NCBI GenBank assembly: GCA_963710605.1
Contig: CAVQBA010000004.1
Span: 736,001-800,000, forward strand
DNA length: 64,000 bases
Direction of reading: 5' to 3'
From: an uncultured cyanobacterium
GTDB taxonomy: Bacteria > Cyanobacteriota > Cyanobacteriia > Cyanobacteriales > Cyanobacteriaceae
Below the pieces are notes generated by a model, which was given only the letters and a program-made list of their open reading frames with translations, made no database searches and was not told the DNA's origin. Below, piece after piece: positions 10,284-21,888 of this stretch (within the stretch, counting starts at the first letter, position 1; each line of letters starts with the position of its first letter). The position numbers and the translations under genes are program-made.

Positions 10284-11432
10284 ATGCTCAACCGTCGTCA
10301 ATTCCTTTTAGGTAGTACCGTAGCCTCTTCTTTTTTACTTGGTGCTTGTAACGATCAATCCTCAGATTTGTCTATTTCTTTATTACAAGGATCATTACCT
10401 TTACAATTGATCAGTAATATATCGCAACAATCAGATCAATTAAAAAATGTCAAATTAGAAACTAAATTAAATCCGTCCGAACTTTACAATCTGTTACTAA
10501 CTGAACAGGGAAAAAAGCCACTTGAACCCGAAAATCAATCATTTTTTAAATTCCCTAAATTTGGCAATAAATCTTCAGTCAAAAAAAAAGATATAGTAGC
10601 TGTAGGAAACTATTGGTTAAAACAAGCAATTGAGGAAGATTTAATTGAATCTTTAGAGATAACTAAGTTAGCTAATTGGCAGAAATTAACTCCTTTTTTC
10701 CAACAATTGGTAAGTAGAAATAATCAAGGAAATTTGAACCCAGAAGGAAAAATATGGGGAGCACCTTACCGATGGGGATGTACGATGATAGCTTATCGTA
10801 ACGATAAATTTAAAGATTTAGGTTGGCAACCAACTGATTGGCAAGATTTATGGAATGAAGATATTAAACAGCGTTTTTCTTTGTTGAATCAACCACGTGA
10901 AATTATTGGTTTAACTCTCAAAAAACTTGGTTATTCTTATAATCATAATAATCCTCGATCAATCGATAACTTATTACCACAACTAAAAAAATTAAATCAA
11001 CAAGTCAAGTTTTATAACTCAAAAAATTATTTACAACCATTAATTTTAGGAGATACATGGTTAGCTGTAGGTTGGTCTAGTGATATTCTACCAGTTGTCA
11101 GTCGATATAGTAATATTAGTGCGATCGTACCTAATTCTGGTACTTCTTTGTGGGCAGATATTTGGGTAAAACCAAAATCGACAGAAGATACTATTAGTGA
11201 TTTAGATAAACTTTATCAATGGATAGATTTTTGTTGGCAAGAAAAATCGGTTAAACAAATTAATTTATTTACTAAAGCTATGTCAACTATCGAAGTTGCT
11301 AATAATTTGAGTAGCAAAAAAAACTATTCTCTAACAATGGATACATTAAAGCAAAGTGAATTTATTGAACAGTTACCAGCAGAATCTTTAACTGAATATG
11401 AAAATATGTGGCGAGAATTATTTTCTACTTAA
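10284..11432 (+). CDS. Polyamine-type ABC transporter substrate-binding lipoprotein (PotD/PotF-like)
   Basis: Tat signal NRRQFLL, lipobox LGAC; PYRWG, W.DLW and WSSD motifs. Confidence 0.8.
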   Translation: MLNRRQFLLGSTVASSFLLGACNDQSSDLSISLLQGSLPLQLISNISQQSDQLKNVKLETKLNPSELYNLLLTEQGKKPLEPENQSFFKFPKFGNKSSVKKKDIVAVGNYWLKQAIEEDLIESLEITKLANWQKLTPFFQQLVSRNNQGNLNPEGKIWGAPYRWGCTMIAYRNDKFKDLGWQPTDWQDLWNEDIKQRFSLLNQPREIIGLTLKKLGYSYNHNNPRSIDNLLPQLKKLNQQVKFYNSKNYLQPLILGDTWLAVGWSSDILPVVSRYSNISAIVPNSGTSLWADIWVKPKSTEDTISDLDKLYQWIDFCWQEKSVKQINLFTKAMSTIEVANNLSSKKNYSLTMDTLKQSEFIEQLPAESLTEYENMWRELFST

Positions 11433-11529
11433 CAACATAGACTAATATTGAATCAAGACAAAATGGATTATTGTCAAAAGTGAAGGGTGAAGGATGAAGG
11501 ATGAATGATGAATCAATGGTAAAAAATCA

Positions 11530-13476
11530 ATGAAAAAGTATCTCAAATATATTTTAATTATCTTTTTGGCAATTGTTTTTTTAAGTCGAGAAGATATTCA
11601 GCAATCTTATCACTTCTCTTCTGAGTTAGATAACAATACCGAACAAATTTTAATTATTAATCCTGATAGTAACGACAGTAATACTAATAAGCAAAATCAA
11701 CAATTAACTACACAACAAACAAATTTAATTAGTAATTTTGAAATAGATAATGAAAGACAATTAACAGATACTTCTTCTAGTTATCCTCAAATTATTGATA
11801 ATTTAGCTAATGTTTTTATCGCCGATAATTCAAATAAGCAAACAAATATTCAAAAATCAAAACCTGATTCTTTAATTAGTCAAAATACAGAAAAAAAAGA
11901 AGACTCTTCTACTTCTAAGAAAATTGAAAAAAATCGAGTTACATTAGGAAATCAATATTTATTTGATATAGTTGAACCTTTTGGTAATGTGTCACCACAA
12001 ATTAGGGCTCAAAGAATAACCAGAGACTTAAATAAATTTGCTCAAGACTATTCTTTAGAAAGTAATAATATTTTAATTAACCAAGTTAGTGACGAGATTA
12101 TTTTACTCTCTGTAGAAAATACAGCATTAATTACTCTAACTAAAGCTGATGCCGATGTAATTAATTTGACTTTACCTGAATTAGCAGATAGTTATCAGCA
12201 GAAAATAATTAATGCTGTTGACAAATATCGTAACAGAAGAAGTAGTGAACAACTTTTAATTAATGTAGGTATAGCTGTAGGGGTTAGTTTACTTTTCTTA
12301 ATTTTAACTAAAATTATTTCACTTGGTAAAAAGAAACTTTTAACAGTAGTTGAAACTAGCGAAAGAAGTCTCCTGCGTAATATCAAAATACAAGGATTAA
12401 AACTTGTTTCCGTTGAACAACAAAGAAAAATTATCGCTATCATAATTAAAATTATTATTAGTGGTATATATTTACTTTTATTTTTTACTTATTTAGGCGT
12501 AATCTTTCGGATTTTTCCGCAAACTAAACAATTTGGAGATGTTGTTTTTTCGGCTTTTACATTGGCAATTACTAATCTTGTTACCTCAATAATTAGTTAT
12601 TTACCTAATTTATTTATTATCGTTATCACCTTATTTGTTACTCAATATGTAGTGCGTTTAAGTAACACTGTATTCAAAGCACTCAAAGAAGGAAGTATTT
12701 CGATTATTGGTTTCTACCAAGAATGGGCAGAACCAACAGGGCGTATTATGACAATATTAATATATGCTATGGCATTGGCTATTGTCTTTCCTTATCTACC
12801 GGGTGCTGATTCCCCTGCTTTTCAAGGTGTATCTTTGTTTTTAGGTGCTTTAGTTACTTTTGGTGGTGCGAGTGCAATTAGTAACGTTATTGGTGGTGTT
12901 ATCGTCATTTATACTAGAGCGTATCAATTAGGTGATTTGGTTAAAGTAGGGGATGTGACTGGTAATGTATTAGAAAAAACGATTCTTTCTACTCGCATTC
13001 GTACTCCTAATAATCAAATTGTAACCATTCCTAATGCAACGATCGTTTCTAGTAATATTGTTAATTTTACTGCAACTAATCGAGAATTAAAAGAACCACT
13101 TATTCTCAATACAACCATTACCCTCGGTTATGATATTCCTTGGCGAAAAGTACATCAAGTATTAGTTGATGCGGCTTTTATTACCGAAGGTATCTCTAAT
13201 GATTTCCAACCTTTTGTCTTACAAACTGCTTTAAATGATTTTTATGTCGAGTATGAATTAAAAGCATATAGCCAATTGGGTATCGCCCCTTCACTAATAC
13301 CTAGTCTTTATTCACTGTTACATCAAAATATACAAGACAAGTGTAACGAAGCTGATATTGAAATTCTTTCTCCTCATTATCGTGCGGTTAGAGATGGTAG
13401 TCACTCAACTATTCCAATGGAATATCTACCCGAGAATTATCAACCACCTGGATTTAAAATCGAAAGCCAGCAATAG
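11530..13476 (+). CDS. MscS-family mechanosensitive channel with large N-terminal periplasmic region
   Basis: SNVIGG..YTRAYQLGD, IPN and GYD motifs; several TM helices. Confidence 0.88.
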   Translation: MKKYLKYILIIFLAIVFLSREDIQQSYHFSSELDNNTEQILIINPDSNDSNTNKQNQQLTTQQTNLISNFEIDNERQLTDTSSSYPQIIDNLANVFIADNSNKQTNIQKSKPDSLISQNTEKKEDSSTSKKIEKNRVTLGNQYLFDIVEPFGNVSPQIRAQRITRDLNKFAQDYSLESNNILINQVSDEIILLSVENTALITLTKADADVINLTLPELADSYQQKIINAVDKYRNRRSSEQLLINVGIAVGVSLLFLILTKIISLGKKKLLTVVETSERSLLRNIKIQGLKLVSVEQQRKIIAIIIKIIISGIYLLLFFTYLGVIFRIFPQTKQFGDVVFSAFTLAITNLVTSIISYLPNLFIIVITLFVTQYVVRLSNTVFKALKEGSISIIGFYQEWAEPTGRIMTILIYAMALAIVFPYLPGADSPAFQGVSLFLGALVTFGGASAISNVIGGVIVIYTRAYQLGDLVKVGDVTGNVLEKTILSTRIRTPNNQIVTIPNATIVSSNIVNFTATNRELKEPLILNTTITLGYDIPWRKVHQVLVDAAFITEGISNDFQPFVLQTALNDFYVEYELKAYSQLGIAPSLIPSLYSLLHQNIQDKCNEADIEILSPHYRAVRDGSHSTIPMEYLPENYQPPGFKIESQQ

Positions 13477-13477
13477 T

Positions 13478-13593
13478 TATAGTTATTTAAATTAAGTTTA
13501 AAACGGTATAAATAACAGTAAAAAGAAGAATATAAAACCCGCCTTGGGTATCAATTGACAAGGCTAATAGAATACGTTTAATAAATTAAACTC
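13478..13593 (+). repeat. Two-hairpin dispersed repeat with degenerate left TIR
   Basis: GCCTTG..CAAGGC at 13541-13564, then GTTTAATAAATTAAAC; TATAGTTATTT start at 13478. Confidence 0.75.
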
Positions 13594-13695
13594 TTTTATA
13601 GCTAAAAATAGACAAAATAAATAAGTAGAAAGCGATTAAAAAATGAAACCTAACAATAATTCCCTATTCTCAATTTTTTAGTATTTAAAAGTAAT

Positions 13696-14244
13696 CTAAA
13701 ATTGTAAATAATTCATCAGATGATAAGCCATATCCGCAGTTAAATTAAGTCTTTGTTGTAAATCTCCGATATGACGATAATCACCATTACTTTCTTTTTC
13801 AATTAAAATTTGTTTAATGATATTTTCTTCTAGGTTAGGAATCGTCGTTAGTTTTTCTAACGTGGCTTGATTAAGATTAATTTTGGCAGGGGCAATAAAA
13901 CTATCTGTGGCGTAATAAGCAAAATAAAGTATTGGTTGCCATTCTTGTATTTTCAACACTGATACACTTAAAGCGGCGGCTAAATCTTCAATACATAAAA
14001 AATGTATCCCTGCTTGATTTATTTCGACTAATTTCTGGGCTTGAATAATCGAGATACCGGGTAATCTAAGCCAATCATCAACTGAGGCGATATTAACATC
14101 TATTTTAATCCCTAACCCAGCGGCGATCGTAATTTCTTCTAAAGATTGAAAACGATAATAAGGATCTTGTTGTATTTTAGCAACAATTGTATTTCGACGA
14201 CGATTTATTTTTTTGACAGAAGATAACCAATCAGAAAGAGCCAT
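13696..14244 (-). CDS. ComEA-family helix-hairpin-helix DNA-binding protein
   Basis: IDVNIAS..WLRLPGI and INLNQAT..LTTIP HhH motifs. Confidence 0.8.
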   Translation of the reverse strand: MALSDWLSSVKKINRRRNTIVAKIQQDPYYRFQSLEEITIAAGLGIKIDVNIASVDDWLRLPGISIIQAQKLVEINQAGIHFLCIEDLAAALSVSVLKIQEWQPILYFAYYATDSFIAPAKINLNQATLEKLTTIPNLEENIIKQILIEKESNGDYRHIGDLQQRLNLTADMAYHLMNYLQF

Positions 14245-14368
14245 TTTATTATATATTTGTGTTGCAAATTATTAAGAATTTATGCAATTGTGACCATATT
14301 AAGGCACATTTAATAGTAATTTGGACTTAATTGTCTAATTTGTTGTTATTAAAAGGAGTTGTTAGATC

Positions 14369-14464
14369 ATGTCTATTTCTGATACTCAAGTTTTCATAGC
14401 TTTGGTTGTTGCTTTAGTACCTGGTATATTAGCATTTCGTTTAGCTACTGAACTATATAAATAG
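14369..14464 (+). CDS. psaM: Photosystem I subunit XII
   Basis: Not in ORF track. [31 protein letters not shown], with AGGAG RBS at about 14354. Confidence 0.95.
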   Translation: MSISDTQVFIALVVALVPGILAFRLATELYK

Positions 14465-14589
14465 AAAGTGTTGATAGTTGGTAGTTGATAGTTAACTATT
14501 TAAACAGTAAACGATCGACACTAATGGTGATTTGAAAGTTTTCATCTAAAATAATTAATCAATTATCAATTATCAATTCTTAGTTACTT

Positions 14590-15319
14590 ATGGATAAAAA
14601 AATTGGTACTCTTTATGGTATCAGTGTAGGGACAGGTGATCCAGAATTAATTACAGTTAAAGGATTACGAATATTACAAAATAGCCCGATCGTTGCTTTT
14701 CCTGCTGGTATTAACGGTAAAGATGGTGTGGCTCAAACTATAATTCAAGAGTATTTACAACCTCATCAACAAATACTACCTTTATCTTTTCCTTACACAT
14801 TGTCACAACCGGATTTAACTCAAGCATGGCAAAATGTAACTGAGCAAGTTTGGCGATATCTACAACAAGGTTTTGATGTGGCGTTTGCTTGTGAAGGAGA
14901 TATTAGTTTTTATAGCACTTTTACTTATCTAGCTTCGACATTAAAGAAATTATATCCTCAAATAAAAATCGATCGCATTGCGGGGGTTTGCTCACCAATG
15001 GCAACCGCTTCGGTTTTAGGTTTACCTCTAACTATGCAACACGAAAAGTTAGTTGTTTTACCAGCATTATATTCGATCGAAAAACTAGAAGGAGGCTTTA
15101 GATTGGGCAGAAATAGTTGTATTAATGAAAGTTGCTTCTGTTTATCCTCAAGTATGGCAAATTCTGCAACAAAGAAATTTATTTGCTTCTACTTATTTAG
15201 TGGAAAAAGCGACTACTAAAGATGAAAAAATTTATCGTGATTTAACTAATTATCCTCAACTATCTTTGAGTTATTTTTCGATTATGATTATTTGTCAGAA
15301 ACGAAATTTTGAGATCTGA
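14590..15319 (+). pseudogene. cobI: Precorrin-2 C20-methyltransferase split by a +1 frameshift at about 15091 (probable sequencing error)
   Basis: GISVGTGDPELIT and EGD motifs; removing one G in GAA-G-GAG gives LEEALDWAEIVVLMK and joins ORFs 14590-15219 and 15125-15319. Confidence 0.85.
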
Positions 15320-15427
15320 TATAGCAATTATTAGTATGATGAAGTACATCTCGATCCCCCTAAATCCCCCTTATCAAGGGGGACTTGCAAATAATTAATG
15401 TACCTCATAATGATGGTAAACGCTATA
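15320..15427. mobile_element. MITE-like element (TATAGC...GCTATA ends) carrying a CCCCCTAAATCCCCCTT..AAGGGGGACT hairpin
   Basis: Imperfect 30-bp terminal inverted repeats (22/30 by eye) beginning and ending in TA; GC-rich internal hairpin. Confidence 0.65.
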
Positions 15428-15627
15428 TCAAGTACAAGTTTAAGTACTTATTATTATGCTAACTAAACAAACTAATTATACTAATCTACGCCAAAATTTA
15501 GCATCTATTCTTGATAAAACGATCGAAATATTAGTGAACACTTGTATTAATAGCTTGAAAATGGCGAAAAATAGCTAAATTAAAGCTAAAATAATTTACT
15601 GTCTATAACCTACATTAACTACTACTT

Positions 15628-16957
15628 GTGATCAACCTAACTCAAACCGAACAACAAACTCAACTAACCATCACCGACAAAGTCGAAGCACTTAAAGGTA
15701 CAATCTCAATCCCTGGGGATAAATCTATTTCTCATCGATCGTTAATGTTAGGTGCGATCGCTTCAGGAGAAACTACAATAGAAGGATTATTACTAGGAGA
15801 AGATCCTCGTAGTACAGCACAATGTTTTCAAGCGATGGGAGCGAAAATATCACCACTAAACAGTAAAAAGGTAGTCGTGACAGGCATAGGAGATGGATTA
15901 TTAATTGAACCGATCGATATTTTAGATGCAGGTAATTCAGGCACAACTATGCGTTTGATGTTAGGTTTGCTCGCTTCACAACCAGATAAATTTTTTACCG
16001 TCAAAGGAGATAGCTCATTAAATACCCGCCCGATGTCTAGAGTAATCAAACCATTACAACAAATGGGAGCAGTTATTTACGGACGAAATCATCATCAAAA
16101 TGCACCATTAGCAGTAGTTGGGCAAAACCTCAAACCGATTCATTATCATTCTCCTATTGCCTCAGCTCAAGTCAAATCGTGTATATTACTAGCAGGATTA
16201 ATGACAGAAGGAAAAACCACTGTAACCGAACCTGCTTTATCAAGAGATCATTCTGAAAGAATGTTAACCGCTTTTGGTGCTAAACTTGAAATCGACCCCG
16301 ATACTAATAGCGTCACGATCGAAGGAAAAGCGAAGCTTACAGGGCAAAAAGTAATCGTACCAGGTGATATAAGTTCGGCGGCATTTTGGTTGGTTGCAGG
16401 GGCAATTACACCTAATTCTGAGCTAACTATCACCAATGTTGGTATCAATCCAACTCGTACAGGTATACTCGAAGCCCTACAAATGATGAACGCCGATATT
16501 ACTATTCTCAACGAAAGAGATGCTTGTGGCGAACCTGTTGCCGACTTACAAATAAAAACAAGTAAATTACAAGGATGTACGATCGAAGGGGCGATTATTC
16601 CTCGCTTAATCGACGAAATACCCATTCTAGCTGTAGCGGCTTGTTTTGCTGAAGGTACAACTACAATTAAAGATGCGGCAGAATTAAGAGTCAAAGAAAG
16701 CGATCGTTTAGCGGTAATGGCAACGGAATTAGGTAAAATGGGTGCGAAAATTACTGAGTTTGCTGATGGGATGGAAATAATTGGCTGGTAATCCTCTACA
16801 AGGTATTCAAACCGATAGTTACACCGATCATCGTATTGCTATGAGTTTGGCAATTGCGGCACTTAATGCTAAGGGAGAAACTAAAATCGATCGTGCTGAA
16901 GCGATTTCTATTTCTTATCCTACTTTTGTTGATACTTTAAAATCGATCGTTAAATGA
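15628..16957 (+). pseudogene. aroA: EPSP synthase split by a +1 frameshift at about 16785 (probable sequencing error)
   Basis: [21 protein letters not shown] and KESDR motifs; the next frame continues [25 protein letters not shown] to TGA at 16955-16957. Confidence 0.9.
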
Positions 16958-17233
16958 TTAAGAGGGAAGATTTGTTTAAACCGCAGAGACGCAGAGAAAC
17001 GCAGAGGGGTTGACTGGTGTGTGTCTTTATGGGGTTGAGAGAGAGAGAGAAAAAGTTAATTATTAGTTATATTAAAGAACTATCCAATTTGAGTGAAGAC
17101 AAATAATTCAAAGAAAAATAATTGCTAACTGCTAATTACTAATTGTTGATGAAGATATATTAAGATAGTGAAAGATAAAAGCAGAAATTATTCTTTTAAT
17201 TCTCATTTAATTAACTAATTTTAACCACATATA

Positions 17234-18826
17234 TTGATCATGAGTGACAAAATTCTCTACGTCAGACTTCCTTGTAATCCTATCTTCCCTATTGGTGTTG
17301 TTTATATCGCCGATCATATTCATAAGGTATTTCCTGAGATAGAACAAGAAATTTTTGATTTGGGTACAATTCCACCCGTCGATTTCGATCGTGCTTTAAT
17401 TGAATGTATCGATCGTTTTCAACCCACAATGTTGGTTTACTCATGGCGTGATATTCAAATTTATGCCCCCGTCGGCGGTAGGGCAGGTAATCCTCTACAA
17501 AATGCTTTTGAATTTTATTACGCTAAAAATCCTTTGATTAAATTAAGAGGTGCTTTAGGTGGCTTAAAAGTTGCTAGTGCTTATTATGGTGAGTTGTGGC
17601 GTAACACGGGTTTAGTAAAAAAAGGTTTAAAACAAGCACAGAAATATAACCCTCAAGCGAGAGTTATGGTTGGTGGTGGTGCGGTTAGTGTCTTTTACGA
17701 ACAACTAAAAACTAAATTACCAAAGGGTTCGATCGTTTCTGTGGGTGAAGGTGAAGTTTTATTAGAAAGAATATTAAAAAATAATAGTTTTGCTGATCAA
17801 CGTTGCTATGTAGTCGGGGAAGAAAAACCACGAGAAAATTTAATTCACGAACAACCAACCGCCTTTGAAAAGACTGCTTGTAATTATGATTACATCGCCA
17901 GTATTTGGGGCGACTTTGATTATTATTTCCAAGAAAATGATTTTTATATAGGGGTGCAGACCAAACGTGGATGCCCTCATAACTGTTGTTATTGCATCTA
18001 CACGGTAGTTGAAGGCAAAAAAGTGAGAATTAACCCAGCCGAAGAGGTTGTCGCCGAAATGCGTCAATTATACGATCGAGGTATTCGTAATTTTTGGTTT
18101 ACTGACGCTCAGTTTATTCCTGCTAAAATGTATATCAATTCTGCGATCGAGTTATTAAAAGAAATCAAGGCTTCTGGAATGGAAGATATTCATTGGGCTT
18201 CTTATATTCGTGCTGACAATCTTAACCCTGAATTATGCGATTTGATGGTGGAAACGGGGATGAATTATTTCGAGATTGGTATCACCAGTGGCTCGCAAGA
18301 ATTAGTCAGGAAGATGCGTATGGGTTACAATCTGCGTAACGTCTTGCAAAATTGTCGTGACTTGAAAAATGCAGGTTATGAAGATGTCGTTTCAGTTAAT
18401 TATTCTTTTAATGTGATTGATGAAACATTTGATACTATTAGACAAACGATCGCTTATCATCGGGAATTAGAAGATATTTTTGGTATTGATAAAGTTGAAC
18501 CAGCTATTTTCTTTATTGGTTTACAACCTCATACCCATCTAGAAGAATATGCTTTTGATAATGATATACTCAAAAAAGATTATAACCCCATGAGTATGAT
18601 GCCTTGGACGGCTAAAAAACTACTCTGGAATCCCGAACCTTTAGGCTCATTTTTCGGTGAAGTTTGTTTACAAGCATGGCAACAAAACCCCCTTGATTTT
18701 GGTCGAGAAGTATTTGCTATTTTAGAAAAACGTCTTGGTAAAGCCGATTTAGAATCAGCATTAACCGCACCACTCACATCCGACAAACAAAAGCAAAATC
18801 AACAGTTAGCAACTACATCAAAATAA
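17234..18826 (+). CDS. B12-binding-type radical SAM protein (cyanobacterial PSII high-light acclimation, Slr0320-like)
   Basis: RGCPHNCCYC motif and N-terminal LYVRLPCNPIFPIG; probable start ATG 17240. Confidence 0.82.
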   Translation: MIMSDKILYVRLPCNPIFPIGVVYIADHIHKVFPEIEQEIFDLGTIPPVDFDRALIECIDRFQPTMLVYSWRDIQIYAPVGGRAGNPLQNAFEFYYAKNPLIKLRGALGGLKVASAYYGELWRNTGLVKKGLKQAQKYNPQARVMVGGGAVSVFYEQLKTKLPKGSIVSVGEGEVLLERILKNNSFADQRCYVVGEEKPRENLIHEQPTAFEKTACNYDYIASIWGDFDYYFQENDFYIGVQTKRGCPHNCCYCIYTVVEGKKVRINPAEEVVAEMRQLYDRGIRNFWFTDAQFIPAKMYINSAIELLKEIKASGMEDIHWASYIRADNLNPELCDLMVETGMNYFEIGITSGSQELVRKMRMGYNLRNVLQNCRDLKNAGYEDVVSVNYSFNVIDETFDTIRQTIAYHRELEDIFGIDKVEPAIFFIGLQPHTHLEEYAFDNDILKKDYNPMSMMPWTAKKLLWNPEPLGSFFGEVCLQAWQQNPLDFGREVFAILEKRLGKADLESALTAPLTSDKQKQNQQLATTSK

Positions 18827-18860
18827 TTGACAATTGACAATTGACAGTTGACAATTGATA
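18825..18860. repeat. Heptamer tandem repeat (AATTGAC)n
   Basis: About 5 imperfect units directly after the stop codon. Confidence 0.8.
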
Positions 18861-18900
18861 AGAGTATCGAGAGTAAATAATTAAAACTATTGATTTTATT

Positions 18901-18956
18901 CTCCATTCTCCATTCTCCATTCTCCATTCTCCATTCTCCATTCTCCATTCTCCATT
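18901..18956. repeat. Heptamer tandem repeat (CTCCATT)x8
   Basis: Eight perfect units immediately upstream of the menG start. Confidence 0.95.
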
Positions 18957-18963
18957 ATTTAAG

Positions 18964-19665
18964 ATGTCTCCTACTGCCGAAGAAATCAAAACACTGTTTA
19001 ATCAAATCGCACCTGTATATGATTCTCTCAATGATGGTTTGAGTTTTGGACTCCATCGCATTTGGAAGTTAATGGCAGTAAAATGGAGTAATCCTCATCC
19101 TCAAGCAACCGCACTAGATTTATGTTGTGGTAGTGGAGATATGAGTTTTTTATTGGCTAAACAAATTGAGCAAGGTAAAGTGATTGGGGTCGATTTTTCC
19201 GCTGAGTTATTAGAGGTTGCCAGACAAAGACAATTGAATCAGACTCAACTAAAATCAAAATCGATCGAATGGATAGAAGCAGATGTGTTAGATTTACCTT
19301 TTGCTGATAATCATTTTGATTGTGCCACGATGGGTTATGGATTGAGAAATGTAACTGATATTCCTCTTTGTTTAACTCAAATTAGACGAGTTTTAAAACC
19401 AAATGCCAAAGTAGCAATTTTAGATTTTAATAAACCAACCAATGAAATCGTGGCAAATAGTCAAAAATGGTACTTAGATAATATAGTGGTTAATTTAGCA
19501 AATACCTTTCAAGTTGAAAACCAATATGCTTATATTTACGAAAGTTTAGAGCGTTTCCCCGATAGTAACCAACAAATACAATTAGCTTTAGATGCAAGTT
19601 ATACCCAAGCAATCCATTACCCTTTGCTCGGTGGAATGATGGGTGTTTTGTTACTAACTAAATAA
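18964..19665 (+). CDS. menG: Demethylphylloquinone/menaquinone methyltransferase (UbiE/MenG)
   Basis: F..IAP.YD..N, LDLCCGSGD, YGLRNV and RVLKP motifs. Confidence 0.88.
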   Translation: MSPTAEEIKTLFNQIAPVYDSLNDGLSFGLHRIWKLMAVKWSNPHPQATALDLCCGSGDMSFLLAKQIEQGKVIGVDFSAELLEVARQRQLNQTQLKSKSIEWIEADVLDLPFADNHFDCATMGYGLRNVTDIPLCLTQIRRVLKPNAKVAILDFNKPTNEIVANSQKWYLDNIVVNLANTFQVENQYAYIYESLERFPDSNQQIQLALDASYTQAIHYPLLGGMMGVLLLTK

Positions 19666-19769
19666 CTAAACTTATAGTATAGTGCTACCCTAAAACATTG
19701 GCATAGTTGTTCAACAAAATAGACAAATAATTTTAGCAAGATTAGCAATTAATAATCGAAATATACTTG

Positions 19770-19804
19770 ATCAACTATCAACTATCAACTATCAACTATC
19801 AACT
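19770..19804. repeat. Heptamer tandem repeat (ATCAACT)x5
   Basis: Five units; same unit at about 32483-32507 and as reverse complement at 43978-44058. Confidence 0.9.
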
Positions 19805-19807
19805 AGG

Positions 19808-20829
19808 TTACACGTGTGCTTGATATTTATCATAAACCTCAATCCCCGGTATAGGTTCTTTAAAAATAGGCGGTTGTTTGTATTCTTCAGGAGGGTATTC
19901 TTGGATAATTGTAGCCATAGAATTGTAGCATTCTTCCCATTGTCTTAAGAATATCAGTAATTGTTGAAATTGAGCGAAAGATTGCTTATGTCTATGACGT
20001 AAAGCAATGTATTGTAAAACCAAAGCATAAGTTTCGGGTATATTTTTATGCTGAGGCACTTGAATTACTTTTCCCAGTTTAAGAAATATCTCAGCATTAA
20101 TTTGAACGATAACTTGAAATTCTTTAATGTTATCCAAATTTTTGTCGTAAAAACTGTCGGCAATTTCACCTACAGTGTGTAACAAAGAAAAACTAGTCAA
20201 ATCATATTGTTTAAATAATAGCAATAGCTTTAAGCCTAACACATCTTTACTCACTATGTCTAATTGATTAACATAAGATTGAATTGCAGTTTTACCTTCA
20301 TCGCTTTTGATTCTAGGAATAATATCATTTAGTTTTCTTTCTACTAGTTTTTGAAATTCTTCTGTTGTTAAATCTTTGCTTAACAATTCAAAAATGTAAG
20401 TGTAAAATTCTTGTTGAGCAAAACTACGATAACGTGATTCTGTCGCTTCTATTTTCAAAAAACTTTCTTTAGTTTCTAAAGCAACTCTTAACAACTCAAT
20501 ACTATGTTTTAAACCTTCAAATACTCCCTTTTCTTGCTCAAACTCACGATTCATAATCAAAAATGCTACAAATTATCGGCGTTAAATTTTGCATTATCGA
20601 TCGCTTTTGTCATTGCCGCAATAGTTTTTAATTGTTTATGAGAATCTTGATAAAACTGAATTCTTGCTTCAGGAATTTCTTCTTTAACTATTAAAACTGA
20701 TCGATTTCGTACCCAATCAACAAAAGATTGTTCGCCCCATAAAGGACGATTCCACCAAGGATATGTTCTTTGAAGTTCGTTATTATCGTTCATAATTGCT
20801 ATTGATAGTTGAATACAAATCAAATACAT
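19808..20829 (-). pseudogene. Conserved hypothetical protein split by a 1-nt deletion at about 20573
   Basis: ORFs 20566-20829 and 19808-20560 join as ...KFNAD(x)FVAFLIMNREF if one base is added. Confidence 0.6.
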
Positions 20830-20896
20830 ATCAACTATTATTTAAGGATATTTTAAAATATTAAAACATAACAACTAAATTATAACCAATCGAATT

Positions 20897-21541
20897 ATGA
20901 AGATTTCTGTAGAAAGTTTGCGAGAAAATTACACAAAAGGTGGTTTACTAAAACAAGATCTTAAACTTGAACCGATCGAACAATTTAAACTATGGTTTGA
21001 GCAAGCGGTAGAATCAGATATATTAGAACCTAATGCCATGACGTTAGCGACAGTTAGTGATGCGGGTAAACCTGTAGCCAGAATTGTTTTACTCAAAAAA
21101 ATTGACATTAAAGGCTTGACTTTTTTTACTAATTATGATAGCCGTAAAGGAGAAAATTTAGCCAATAATCCTTGGGCATCATTAGTATTTTGGTGGGGAG
21201 AGTTAGAAAGACAAGTCAGAATAGAAGGTAGAGTCGAAAAAATAGCCCCAAAAGAAAGTAATGAGTATTTTAATAGTCGTCCGATAGGTTCACAATTAGG
21301 TGCATTAGCATCACCTCAATCTCAAGTAATTCCCGATCGAGAATATTTAGAAAATCGTTTAGAAACACTGACAAATGAATACAAAAACAAAACAATTTCT
21401 CGTCCGCAACATTGGGGTGGTTATCGAGTTGTACCTAATTTAGTTGAGTTTTGGCAAGGCAGACAGAATCGTTTACACGACAGATTTTGTTACCGTTTAG
21501 ACAATAATCAGCAATGGCAAATCGATCGTCTTGCACCGTAA
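20897..21541 (+). CDS. pdxH: Pyridoxamine 5'-phosphate oxidase
   Basis: EPNAMTLAT, RIVLLK, RQVRIEG, EFWQGR..RLHDR and RLAP motifs. Confidence 0.95.
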   Translation: MKISVESLRENYTKGGLLKQDLKLEPIEQFKLWFEQAVESDILEPNAMTLATVSDAGKPVARIVLLKKIDIKGLTFFTNYDSRKGENLANNPWASLVFWWGELERQVRIEGRVEKIAPKESNEYFNSRPIGSQLGALASPQSQVIPDREYLENRLETLTNEYKNKTISRPQHWGGYRVVPNLVEFWQGRQNRLHDRFCYRLDNNQQWQIDRLAP

Positions 21542-21612
21542 TAATGAGTAATGAGTAAGGAGTAAGGAGTAAAAACAGGTAAGAGGCAAGTACTTTTTTT
21601 CTTATTTAGATA

Positions 21613-21888
21613 TTAACAATACTCCGCTCCTCTAATTTGATTTTCTGTCAAAACTATCGATTTATCTTCTTGTATCGGCTTGGTATCTGACAATAACTGT
21701 TCAAAAATTTTTCTTTCCTTTTCGTTTAATAAATATTTGGTAATAACTGTTTCGTAATTATCGCCACTGCTATCATAAGACTCAGAATGAAATAGTAGAT
21801 ACATCTTGTTTTCTTCTACTAGTAAAATAGCTTCCATTCCAACGCCAGAAATACCACCAATTATGTATGTATATTTACCAATTTGAGA
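21613..21888 (-). pseudogene. Probable 5'-truncated gene relic
   Basis: The frame of the 74-aa ORF stays open upstream (QIGKYTYIIGGISGVG) until it meets the repeat element at about 21890. Confidence 0.4.

Noticed and set aside
15828-16694. Antisense ORFs of 73 and 148 aa inside aroA, and similar ones inside smc, mnmE, pyrF, glgC and the kinases
   Set aside because: Opposite-strand mirrors of conserved genes with no recognisable motifs
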